Part shown: positions 28,518 through 37,799 of the stretch, piece by piece
How the letters are laid out: every line of letters begins with the position of its first letter
Numbering within the stretch: position 1 is the stretch's first letter
IMG/VR virus record: IMGVR_UViG_3300042554_002914
Direction: 5' to 3' (one strand)
Length of the DNA stretch: 64,000 nt
Source of the DNA: a virus
Lineage: Duplodnaviria > Heunggongvirae > Uroviricota > Caudoviricetes
Notes under the pieces: model-generated
What the model was told of the DNA's origin: nothing
Seen by the model: only the letters and a program-made list of their open reading frames with translations
The model's database searches: none
Program-made: the position numbers and the translations under genes

Positions 28518-29267
28518 CTATGGGAAAGTCACAGATGCCCTGTAAATGTCGCCACCAATAACAGCTGCGTAGAGGTAATCGCCTAAGGCTGTTATTGCAA
28601 CCCAATCTCTACTTGTTTGGCCAAGCCCAACAAAGTTACCAGAGCCCCCTGTCTGCTTGTAAATATCGCTACCATAAACAGTTGCGTAGACATCACTTCC
28701 TAAGGTGGTCATTCCAGCCCATGCTCTACTTGTTTGGCCAAGCCCAACAAAGTTACCAGAGCCCCCTGTCTGCTTGTAAATATCGCCAAAAAGAGCAGCT
28801 GCGTAGACATCACTTCCTAAGGCGGTCAGTCCACGCCAATCTCTACTTGTTTGGCCAAGCCCGACAAAGTTACCAGAGCCCCCTGTCTGCTTGTAAATAT
28901 CGCCAGCATTTACGCTCGCGTAGATATCACTGCCCAGGGGTGTCATTCCAATCCATTGTCTACTTGTTTGGCCAAGCCCGACAAAGTTACCAGAGCCCCC
29001 TGTCTGCTTGTAAATATCGCCACCCCTATCACTGGCATATACGTTACCGTTGAAGGTTGTCATTGCCATCCAATCTCTACTTGTTTGGCCAAGCCCAACA
29101 AAGTTACCAGAGCCCCCTGTCTGCTTGTAAATATCGCCACCTCTAACACTGGCATATACGTTACCGTTGAAGGTTGTCATTCCCCCCCAATTTCTAGTTG
29201 TTTGGCCAAGGGCGATAAATTGGATTGAGGGCGATCTCGCCGCCATTAGCGCCATGCGTCCCATCAT
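28518..29267 (-). CDS. Six-repeat beta-propeller-like protein (39-aa repeats), putative receptor-binding
   Basis: Six repeats of W.(G/A)MT..G.(D/N)VYA.V.GGDIYKQTGGSGNFVGLGQTSR. Confidence 0.8.
   Translation of the reverse strand: MMGRMALMAARSPSIQFIALGQTTRNWGGMTTFNGNVYASVRGGDIYKQTGGSGNFVGLGQTSRDWMAMTTFNGNVYASDRGGDIYKQTGGSGNFVGLGQTSRQWIGMTPLGSDIYASVNAGDIYKQTGGSGNFVGLGQTSRDWRGLTALGSDVYAAALFGDIYKQTGGSGNFVGLGQTSRAWAGMTTLGSDVYATVYGSDIYKQTGGSGNFVGLGQTSRDWVAITALGDYLYAAVIGGDIYRASVTFP
28530..29210. repeat. 117-bp coding tandem repeat, 6 units
   Basis: Anchor TCTACTTGTTTGGCCAAG recurs at 28608, 28725, 28842, 28959, 29076 and (one mismatch) 29193, an exact 117-bp period. Confidence 0.95.
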
Positions 29268-32200
29268 TATGAGTTCCTCCCCCGCAGCGCGGCAACCTCG
29301 ATCACGTTTCCGCCACCGACAACTGTGATAATCACAGTCTCAGTTTCATTTGCCGTTGGTATAATTGCGTTGTTTCCATCCCACCTCAAAGTGTATCCAG
29401 AGCCTGTATTGGCCGGGAACCAATTTATGATCCCAGATGTATATGCAAAGGAGAATACAGCTCTCCAGACTGCTCCTGTGGGAATACTCGCTAGGTTGGA
29501 AAGGTTTACTATCGTGGCACCTGCAATGGCCGCATTCGTTACAAACTCATTTCCTAGAGTTGCGTTTACGGTGTAGGTCCCAGCTGATGCCGTAACTGTT
29601 GTTCTAGTTGAGTATTGGGTGCCGTAGGTTACACCCGAAATTGAACCCCCTGTAAAAGTGACGTTTGCAGAACCCAGAGTAACCCCCGAGATTGCCCCAC
29701 CAGTGATGGCTACGTTGGTAGCAGCCTGCGCTGCCATGGTTCCTGCGCCTGAAATTGTGCTAAGCGTCTGAGTACCGGTATGGTTAGCGCGATTCAAAAG
29801 GAAGGCATCAGTCTGATTCGCAGTTGCGCCATCTGCAACGCCGTTAAGCTTAAACTTATCAGCTGCACTCATGGTTCCGCGAGCAGAAGTCGTTGCTGCT
29901 GCGATAGACAAAGTCCTCTCATAGCTCCAAATTCCTATCCCGTTTACACTAGCATTGCCGGTAACACTTAAAGGCCCACCGACTTCAACGGCCACGTTGG
30001 TAACATAACGACTACCAGTGTACTCCTTAACAGCGAACTGAGTTGGTACGGTATTACCATCGGCAACTCCTGTACTTGCAATTAGGCTTGTATTATTGCT
30101 AACCTCACGAAGCTGCTCGCCGACTGTGCTAATACCACCGTTTCTACTGAATGGGCCTATGAAATTCAAACCCGACAGGTTAAACTGATCTGTATTAATT
30201 GTAACAGAGCCAGTGGTACCGTCTACATTAAAACTGCTTCCGACTGAAAAGTTCCCAAGTTCGTCGGTGTTGCTGCTGAAGACTCTGCCATTGTTCGTTT
30301 CAACTATGTGGTTGGCAGGGACTGGTACCCCTCCATTATATGGCAAGGCGTCATAGTTTGTGCCGGAGCCGACATATTCGAAAGTGTGGCTTGGGGCGCT
30401 AACTTGGCTTCGGTTTCTAAAATCAATAACTTGGTTGGCATCGATCGTATTTTTCAGGCCCCCGTTAGTTCCAGAATAGAAATTAATTCGGTAACCAGCT
30501 TGAGTGGGTGCGTTAAACGGTACAGGATTTCCGTTAATATCAATCGGAACACTACCTGTAATCACGTAGCCCGAAGTTGGGCAAATGAAGTTTAGGCCCT
30601 CAACCGTGACGGTTCCGGAAGACGCCCCAGGCAAAGGGGTTACGGTTGTGATCGTTACGAGCCCAGTGTTTTTAACATAGGAACAATCTGCCACCCCATA
30701 GTCAGTTGAACCGATGGTGGCCGTACCACCTGAAACATATTCGTGTTCTGGGCCAGAAGGAGTTGCAGTAGTTGAATAAGTGAACGTATTAGTGCCCGTC
30801 TTGATGTAAGTGAACGCTGTAGCACCACCACTTGGGAAAGGAAGTTGAGGGAATAGTAAAATACCAGAACTAGGGCGGCTAGAGGAACTACAAGTGAAAA
30901 ACAGATTCTGCATCGTCACTTGGGCACCTAAGGTGGGTGCATAGCCCGTAGCTGTCAGGACCGTGGAGCCAGTCAGATTATTGTAGGTACAACTTGTAAC
31001 CGGATAAGTATTAGCGCCGATGGTAACAGATCCGCCACCAGTATACTCGTGCCTGATGGAGCTGGTGTCTAAGGTTACCGTAAAGCTAGACCCTGCGGAT
31101 GTGCCACCTCTGGCCGTAATCGTAACGGCATTTCCAGGACTTCCTGCGCTTCCTGCAGTCGGGTATTTGAGTTGCCTACCTAATCTATTGGCACCCAAGT
31201 CTATTACATCAATTTCGGTATCACCCTGGCGAATAACTGTGTAAGTTCCTGTGGCAGTTCCGGAAATGTTAACTGGAGATCCACCTTGAGACAGGGAGAC
31301 TTTGAAATCTACCGTGGTGAAACCACTGGAAATCACAAAGTATTTCGTCCCTGTTACTATGTTATCCGGGAAAGTTCCTTGCGAACAGTTGAAGACAACT
31401 TGGTCGTCAATTGAGAGCCCATGCCCCAAAAGGTCAATGCAAGTTATCAGATCGGTAGAAACATCAAATGTAACACCTTTTTCAATCCTTGACGCACCAA
31501 ATGCGGACACTCGTGCTTTAGCAGTATATAGGGAGGATGGAGAGTAACCATCGGCCATTAATCCATATGTACCAAAGTCACTAGTACCCCCGCCGGAAAG
31601 GTTAACTTGGCCTCCGCTTTCAGTACGAACATGGTAGATACAGAAAGTCCCGAAGAACGAAACTAGCTGCGCATAACCATCATTTTTGACAAGACAACCA
31701 GGGCCACCTAGGTTAACTTGTGTAAAGCTATCGACCACCATTGAACGGATGGGACTATTTTTAGCACAGGATGCACCATCAACAATGATTCCACCACCTG
31801 TATCCCCAGTTGACTGGGAGCCTGCGTTACCGTTGTCGTCTTCTGCAGTCAGGGAGGTACAGTTTTGAATATAGGGTGACTTGAAAATGTAAGCCCCGGG
31901 CCCGACAGCTCCTAGTGCAGTGTTATCAGCAGTTTCATCAAAGCTGACGGACCAGGCTTGCTTCCCAGTGGAACTATCAGCCTGGTGCCCAGCAAATTCC
32001 AGACCCCAGCACCAGAATCCACTATCTACTTTGAAAATATCATTATATTCTTGACCGGCTGCAGGTTGTACCCGGGCGTTACGAAGACCCTTACCCAAAA
32101 TGCCAACATCACGCTTCCAACGAATAGGGAGGCTTGGCTCGGTATAAAGGCCAGGACCAACTTCAACTAGGTCACCAGGCTGGGCCGCTGCTGCTGCTGC

Positions 32201-32881
32201 GCCAAGTGTGAGTAAAGGTTCGCCCGGGGAAGTTCCATCGTTGCTATCGCTAGCGTAAATACTCTTGGAAACATAAATCCTATTACTATCTCTGAACTTC
32301 AGAAGTTGTTGTTGCAGGGTGGCAATGTTTGTGTTTGCAGTAGATAAACCTGAACTTATAGTCCCTATGTTGGTGCTTAAGAGACTGATTGCCTTCGGCG
32401 TGGCCGCCAATGTCTCGGAAACATCGGTCAAAGATGACGAAAGCTGGACTTGCCCCCTTTGGGAAATGGATGCGTTCAGGTTGAATCTTTGGGGATTCCC
32501 GGCAGAATCTGTGAAGATAAGGTAGGGGTTACTAGCCGTATTGGTAAGGGATAGGTCTCCCAAATCCCCGGTACCGCCTCCACCACCTTGGATAGCGATC
32601 CAAGCAGACCCGCTCCAAATTTTGAGTTCTTCATTAACAGTATCATACCACATTTCCCCGATGCAGTTTCCTGCAAATAGCGGTGGCAAGACTCCGGAAT
32701 TGGGGGGTACAGGGCCAATGTGACAAGGCCCAACTTTCCGAAGGTTGCCGCTTGTGTCAGAGAAGTATAAACCTGGCTCAGCAGGATTAATGTTCGCAGC
32801 CAGTTGCCCCGGCAAAAGAGTTGCGGGGTTGGGGCGCTTCTTTGCCTCTAGACTCCTTAGGATTTGGATTGTTTGGGGCAT
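29267..32881 (-). CDS. Tail fibre protein (1204 aa)
   Basis: L.PGQLA.N N-terminus; ASISQRGQVQLS...AATPKA fibre repeat; beta-helix-like SPYIQNCT/SMVVDSFTQ; RANHTGTQ; G/T-rich. Confidence 0.8.
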   Translation of the reverse strand: MPQTIQILRSLEAKKRPNPATLLPGQLAANINPAEPGLYFSDTSGNLRKVGPCHIGPVPPNSGVLPPLFAGNCIGEMWYDTVNEELKIWSGSAWIAIQGGGGGTGDLGDLSLTNTASNPYLIFTDSAGNPQRFNLNASISQRGQVQLSSSLTDVSETLAATPKAISLLSTNIGTISSGLSTANTNIATLQQQLLKFRDSNRIYVSKSIYASDSNDGTSPGEPLLTLGAAAAAAQPGDLVEVGPGLYTEPSLPIRWKRDVGILGKGLRNARVQPAAGQEYNDIFKVDSGFWCWGLEFAGHQADSSTGKQAWSVSFDETADNTALGAVGPGAYIFKSPYIQNCTSLTAEDDNGNAGSQSTGDTGGGIIVDGASCAKNSPIRSMVVDSFTQVNLGGPGCLVKNDGYAQLVSFFGTFCIYHVRTESGGQVNLSGGGTSDFGTYGLMADGYSPSSLYTAKARVSAFGASRIEKGVTFDVSTDLITCIDLLGHGLSIDDQVVFNCSQGTFPDNIVTGTKYFVISSGFTTVDFKVSLSQGGSPVNISGTATGTYTVIRQGDTEIDVIDLGANRLGRQLKYPTAGSAGSPGNAVTITARGGTSAGSSFTVTLDTSSIRHEYTGGGSVTIGANTYPVTSCTYNNLTGSTVLTATGYAPTLGAQVTMQNLFFTCSSSSRPSSGILLFPQLPFPSGGATAFTYIKTGTNTFTYSTTATPSGPEHEYVSGGTATIGSTDYGVADCSYVKNTGLVTITTVTPLPGASSGTVTVEGLNFICPTSGYVITGSVPIDINGNPVPFNAPTQAGYRINFYSGTNGGLKNTIDANQVIDFRNRSQVSAPSHTFEYVGSGTNYDALPYNGGVPVPANHIVETNNGRVFSSNTDELGNFSVGSSFNVDGTTGSVTINTDQFNLSGLNFIGPFSRNGGISTVGEQLREVSNNTSLIASTGVADGNTVPTQFAVKEYTGSRYVTNVAVEVGGPLSVTGNASVNGIGIWSYERTLSIAAATTSARGTMSAADKFKLNGVADGATANQTDAFLLNRANHTGTQTLSTISGAGTMAAQAATNVAITGGAISGVTLGSANVTFTGGSISGVTYGTQYSTRTTVTASAGTYTVNATLGNEFVTNAAIAGATIVNLSNLASIPTGAVWRAVFSFAYTSGIINWFPANTGSGYTLRWDGNNAIIPTANETETVIITVVGGGNVIEVAALRGRNS

Positions 32882-32944
32882 GGTGACTTGGAACTCGTTT
32901 TTGTTCTTTATTAGGAGTTATACCCGCTCTGATTTGAGGAAAGG

Positions 32945-33622
32945 TCACCAGGTTTGAAAGCTTTCGCTTTGGCAGTAGGTCCGCAGACTTTCTACACTAT
33001 TTTGCGAAGCGGCGGTTGTGAGCTTCTCACTAGCAGCGGCTCTCACGGCTGCTCTCCAGGTAACCCATTCTCCAGGAATTGCCTTGCCAGTTTCAGACTG
33101 ACGCACTACATACCAATCAGATGGTAGCAACAGCGCATAGGCTTTATCGTTGACTAGGCTAGTGACATAATTTTGGGCGCCAGCCAGGTCCAAATCAATA
33201 GGGAACGCTGACCATACAAACTCAGTGCCGTCCCAATAGAGAGATGTATTCGGTGAAGGTTGAGCTGGGGGGGCTTGTTCGGTGCTGTTGTCGGGCTGGG
33301 GCCAACCCTTTTTAGTCACTTCAATGGGAGCACCAATGGGGGCGACAGTGCTGTAGAAAGTTTTAGGGTTACGTCGGCAGAAAAGAATTTCCTCCGCATC
33401 TAAGATTTGAGGTTCCCAGGGGTCAACATTGGTGATTTGCTCTTGGGGCCTAGTGGCACCAGTCTCCGGGTTTGTTTTAAACTCTACCGTCCCCTTACCT
33501 AGCTCTGTATTAAACTGAACGGCATGAATTTCCGGGTCTACGGATGCCATGTCAACCCCGGAGGCCGCTGCTCCGCTAAGGACCACTACTTGGTCGATAG
33601 GGACTATTGTAATCTGTGACAT
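32945..33622 (-). CDS. Tail fibre assembly/chaperone-like protein
   Basis: IHAVQF...G.VEF N-terminus and LL.PSDWYVVR..E.G..IP.EW..WR..VR C-terminus. Confidence 0.7.
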   Translation of the reverse strand: MSQITIVPIDQVVVLSGAAASGVDMASVDPEIHAVQFNTELGKGTVEFKTNPETGATRPQEQITNVDPWEPQILDAEEILFCRRNPKTFYSTVAPIGAPIEVTKKGWPQPDNSTEQAPPAQPSPNTSLYWDGTEFVWSAFPIDLDLAGAQNYVTSLVNDKAYALLLPSDWYVVRQSETGKAIPGEWVTWRAAVRAAASEKLTTAASQNSVESLRTYCQSESFQTW

Positions 33623-33645
33623 TTTGTTCTATGTATAGAAAGGTT

Positions 33646-33966
33646 TTACCCTGGCAGGATTTCTCTCAATTCTACCGGTTGAATGGCATCCCTATTCGTG
33701 TGTCCTTGAGAAGCCTGCAAGAGGATTGTATTCATCAGGTCGGACCTTTCTATGGACTCATTCCTGAAACTTTGAACTGACGCCGAAGTTTGTCTCTGCT
33801 GATTAGAATTTTCGATTAGGAGAATTGGAAGCAAGGTTACAGCGCATTGCCATTCTGCTACTTCTTGACCGGTATTTGGGTTAATCCCCCTCACTTGGCA
33901 AAACCAGGAGCATTTATGTTCAATGCAGTCTTTTTTAATGAGGGGGCAATAATTTACGTTTTTCAT
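33646..33966 (-). CDS. Hypothetical Cys-rich phage protein
   Basis: CPL.KKDC....C.W...RG.NPNTG...W.CA...P.L.IENS. Confidence 0.7.
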   Translation of the reverse strand: MKNVNYCPLIKKDCIEHKCSWFCQVRGINPNTGQEVAEWQCAVTLLPILLIENSNQQRQTSASVQSFRNESIERSDLMNTILLQASQGHTNRDAIQPVELREILPG

Positions 33967-33993
33967 GGTTGTGTATTAGTGTGTTAGATTGAG

Positions 33994-36900
33994 TTAGAAC
34001 CGTTGTGCGACAATGAAATCAACATATTTTACATTGAAGTTCAGTCCACCCATTGAGTAAGAGGGGTTGGTGAAACTGTGTCCGTGGGAATTGCTGCCAC
34101 CACTCAGACCTGTTCCCCCCTTAAAGGTCATCTTATAGGAACCATTACCCGTATAGCTCATGGTTGGGTCTCCTGTAGCATATTGGCTCGGGATATTACC
34201 TATAAATAGTCTATCAGGATTAGAGGTATCATCCCAGAAATGTTGGTGAGATGCCAATTCGGTCACAGTCAGTGTGTGATTACTCACAGAGCCGTTGGTT
34301 GCTACGCTAATACCTGAACTCCTTGATGCGGTGAATACGGTTGTGAACGGTTGGTCACCACTGGAACCCCCCGCTGCAGGGAATGCAGCTCCCGAAGAGT
34401 TAACAATCCTGATAGCAGCATTATCAAAAGCGGCACCTGTTACGATGGCCCACCCTGGAGGTGGAGAAGCGTTGTTGAAACTCATGCGAGTACCGGTTGG
34501 GAATCCGATCACGCCTGATGCAGAAGCGTAAGCTAAGGTTGCGGGAGAAATAGCTACATCCGTGGCAGTACCAGCGGCGGTTTCGACATTGGTCGCATAA
34601 CGAGTAATTCCAGTTTGGGTCTGGCTAGCAACACGGAAGTTCTGATACCAGTCCAGGGAGAAAATCGGGGCTCCCGAAATGTTACACCCTGAAGTAAATT
34701 CGACACTTGTGGTAACGCTTAGGTTATCCACGGTTAATGCAGGGTAGTATGTTGGAATATCAACTCCCGCGAAAGGATTTCCAATATCGGTAATACTAAT
34801 TGTCGCCCCAGTACTCAAGTCGGTTAAACCTGCCGCAGTTACAAAGTAGCCCTCTTGGTTAAAGCCAGTCGCATAAACTCGACCACCGAGTTCGTTAGTG
34901 AAGTAATAGGTGAACTGATTTTGTGGGGACAAGTCCCCTTGGTAACGGGGGAGAGCTTTCGTATAGTTGAGGAAGCCCGCCCATTCCCAAGCATGGCCAA
35001 ACATGCGTAGAACGGATGGACGCCTGAACTCAATGGACCAGTTTGATAGCAAGTTTGCTGCTCCATTAGGGGTGTACCCCTTCATGTCCACGTTGGAAGC
35101 CGGATTTAATTCCCTGTCGGCAGTTGCTACAGGTAGCAAAATGCTAGTTACTTGGGGTGCAGTGAAACCGATACCAATCAGGAACTGATAAACACCCCTA
35201 TAGTCGGTTGCTGTTGTGTACTGGCCAATGATTTCTGGGTCAGTAGACCAGCAAGTGGTTAGATTATAGCCACAGTTTGTGGTAGGTTGATTGCCATCGG
35301 TATCATTATCGAAATAAATTACAGGTGCTACGTTGACGAAAAAGTCATAAGCATTGAAATCTGAGCCCATGTGAACGTAGGACTGGCTCCACTTTTCAGT
35401 GTCAAAAGTAGTATCTGAGTTCTTAACTACGCAGGTGAAGTGCTTATTCTCGCGCCTAACTGTTTCACCTGGCCTGTAATAATTGCCAGCGGCCCAAACA
35501 TTGGAAGGATTGGCTCTTTCTAATATGACCTGAGCTTTCCTGGTAACAGGGTCTGTTCCAATCGGTATAGGTCCAGACTTATTCACAATTACCATGTCTG
35601 ACTCAGGGAGCGAGTCTACGATACCACCACCAGAACCCAAGGTTGTTTGAATTACATAGTCTCTTAAAGGGGTGCGAGTGTTGTTATCAGTGTTGGTTAC
35701 ATTAATGCTGTACCGCCTTTGAGTCAAAGAGCGGTTGTCTACAAGGCGGCGAATGTATACCTTACTGCCCACTAAACTAGGCGCACCACCGACTCCTGGC
35801 GAATTTCCACTCTGGTTCCCCATTGGAACGGTAATTTGAATGTTCGCGGGGTTTGAGGAACTCCAAGCTGCTGACGACAAGGGGGCCCTCCAATCTGGTC
35901 CGCTAGGGTTTTCAATCCACAGATAGCTGCCGTCTGCGAAAGTGTAATTTTTAGACGCAAGAATTTGGGGAATACCCGGATTCACCTCAGAATCTATTAA
36001 GGGTTGGGTTAGAGTTATAGTGATAGCATTATCAGCTACACCCGAATTTACCACGCCGAGTGAGATATTATTTACGACGGTAGTTTGATCCGTCATGTTT
36101 GTTGCTAGGTTTATTGTGGCAACGCTCCAGTTTGTATCCTGGGGGAATGCCTCAGACTTGTATCCTTCAGCTAAAGCAGCACACCCACCAAATGAAGAAT
36201 TAGAGTTCGTTATAGAAATTTCACCGCCAGACTTCACCCAGTGGTGAATACCTTGTCCAATGGCAAATACAGAAACTTCCTGAATGAACGCCTCATTGAC
36301 AGCCCTAATGTGGAAACTTCTTTTAGCGGGGTCCATCCTAACATTATTTGGATCTAACGCGATATAAGAGTCATAGTTGGCGATGGTATTGGTCCATGTT
36401 TTTGGACCTGAATTATATTTCTGCCAGCATGTCAAGTCTCTCTGTAAACTAACGCCAGTAAACTGGGCTACAACCATGGACTTGAATCCGGTTACATCGT
36501 TGCCGTCTGCGTTAATTCCACAAAGGCCATAATTTGAACGCACAGAACAGTTGAAGATGTACGGGGAAGATCCGATAATGCCGTCTGTATCCTGCTCGGG
36601 GATACCAGGTGGCTGGGGGGCTACAATCTCAGTCTCACCGGGGTTAACAGGGACGTTGGAATTGGTTTGGGCAAAAATAATTTTTACTTTTTCATAGTAA
36701 TCATCCAGGTCTGCCTCAGAAACAAACGAAAAACAGTCTAGGAGGTGATGACTATCGGAAAGACCTTCTTTGTCCTTGAAAGTGAAGTTAAAGAAGAACC
36801 CCCCACCCGTGATCCTTAGAATAGAGCCACGGTCAGTGTCGATATTACCTGTTTTTAGGGGAACATATAGGGGCCTAATGATGGTCTTCCTTAGATCTTC

Positions 36901-37755
36901 ACCAATGACGGATACACCCCTGGGCAAAATTATACCTGGATAATCCACGCTATTCATGGCCCTTAATTGGGCGGCGGACGGCACGGCACCGTTTACCCAG
37001 GCCGAAACGGACTCGCTACCAGTGGCATTATCAATCAATGCAACCCCGGCAGTACACTTAATTACAAAGCGATCGAATGACTGGTCATCTTGGCCTAAAC
37101 CATTCTGAATTCTGGCCACTTCTAGTGCGGCTCTTTGCAGGGTTTTAAAGGGTTTTTGAGCAGTGTAGCCAGCCTGCGTCATTTGGTTGGTGATGACTGG
37201 TACTACTGTATTATCGTAGATCCCGGTTACATAAATGTCGCTACCAATTTGGGGGTTAACATATAGAGTATAAGTTCCCGTGAGAAGGGCCTCGTTAAGG
37301 TCAGCAGGGCCGTATGAGGTTTGGACCCATGAGCCACCAAAATTTATAAAAAGATTGCCGCTGTCACTGTTCCAATATAAACCACCTTCTGGAGCTTCTT
37401 CTAATTCTGTTCCAATATCCGGGTTAGTAGTGGAAATGGGTAATGCTGCCTTGAGGTTAGAGGCGTTGGTACCGTCCTCCACTAGACCAAAACCGGGAAT
37501 TCTGCCCCATGTTAGGCTATTACCTGCTCTGAGGATAAGCTGGCCATTTGTTAATACGGATTCTGGCCAGATATAAGAGTTGAATGCTGCAGCGTTGTTT
37601 GTCCTTACTACCCCTGAAGATGTATTAGCTTTAAAATTTATTGTGCCATCAGTTAAAATCTCAACGCCCGTACCGGCTTTAACACCCCGGACCTGATCCG
37701 CAAGGACATCGCCCTGGTTTGTATCTCCAGCTATGTATTGGGCTCTAGTTAACAT
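33994..37755 (-). CDS. Tail fibre / virion structural protein (1253 aa)
   Basis: PFKTLQRA, PRGVSVIGEDLRKT, SPYIFNCS, FKSMVVAQFTGVSLQ; C-terminal collar-like FPTGTRM.F...PPGW and H.LT..EL.SH.H. Confidence 0.8.
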   Translation of the reverse strand: MLTRAQYIAGDTNQGDVLADQVRGVKAGTGVEILTDGTINFKANTSSGVVRTNNAAAFNSYIWPESVLTNGQLILRAGNSLTWGRIPGFGLVEDGTNASNLKAALPISTTNPDIGTELEEAPEGGLYWNSDSGNLFINFGGSWVQTSYGPADLNEALLTGTYTLYVNPQIGSDIYVTGIYDNTVVPVITNQMTQAGYTAQKPFKTLQRAALEVARIQNGLGQDDQSFDRFVIKCTAGVALIDNATGSESVSAWVNGAVPSAAQLRAMNSVDYPGIILPRGVSVIGEDLRKTIIRPLYVPLKTGNIDTDRGSILRITGGGFFFNFTFKDKEGLSDSHHLLDCFSFVSEADLDDYYEKVKIIFAQTNSNVPVNPGETEIVAPQPPGIPEQDTDGIIGSSPYIFNCSVRSNYGLCGINADGNDVTGFKSMVVAQFTGVSLQRDLTCWQKYNSGPKTWTNTIANYDSYIALDPNNVRMDPAKRSFHIRAVNEAFIQEVSVFAIGQGIHHWVKSGGEISITNSNSSFGGCAALAEGYKSEAFPQDTNWSVATINLATNMTDQTTVVNNISLGVVNSGVADNAITITLTQPLIDSEVNPGIPQILASKNYTFADGSYLWIENPSGPDWRAPLSSAAWSSSNPANIQITVPMGNQSGNSPGVGGAPSLVGSKVYIRRLVDNRSLTQRRYSINVTNTDNNTRTPLRDYVIQTTLGSGGGIVDSLPESDMVIVNKSGPIPIGTDPVTRKAQVILERANPSNVWAAGNYYRPGETVRRENKHFTCVVKNSDTTFDTEKWSQSYVHMGSDFNAYDFFVNVAPVIYFDNDTDGNQPTTNCGYNLTTCWSTDPEIIGQYTTATDYRGVYQFLIGIGFTAPQVTSILLPVATADRELNPASNVDMKGYTPNGAANLLSNWSIEFRRPSVLRMFGHAWEWAGFLNYTKALPRYQGDLSPQNQFTYYFTNELGGRVYATGFNQEGYFVTAAGLTDLSTGATISITDIGNPFAGVDIPTYYPALTVDNLSVTTSVEFTSGCNISGAPIFSLDWYQNFRVASQTQTGITRYATNVETAAGTATDVAISPATLAYASASGVIGFPTGTRMSFNNASPPPGWAIVTGAAFDNAAIRIVNSSGAAFPAAGGSSGDQPFTTVFTASRSSGISVATNGSVSNHTLTVTELASHQHFWDDTSNPDRLFIGNIPSQYATGDPTMSYTGNGSYKMTFKGGTGLSGGSNSHGHSFTNPSYSMGGLNFNVKYVDFIVAQRF

Positions 37756-37799
37756 CGGATTCCTTCTCCTAGTATGGGTATTTTACCCGCACCTTGTGC

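Noticed and set aside
28530-29210. Regularly spaced near-identical repeats resembling a CRISPR array
   Set aside because: The period is 117 bp (39 codons), the intervening parts are homologous to each other, the whole array is one open frame, and no cas genes are present.
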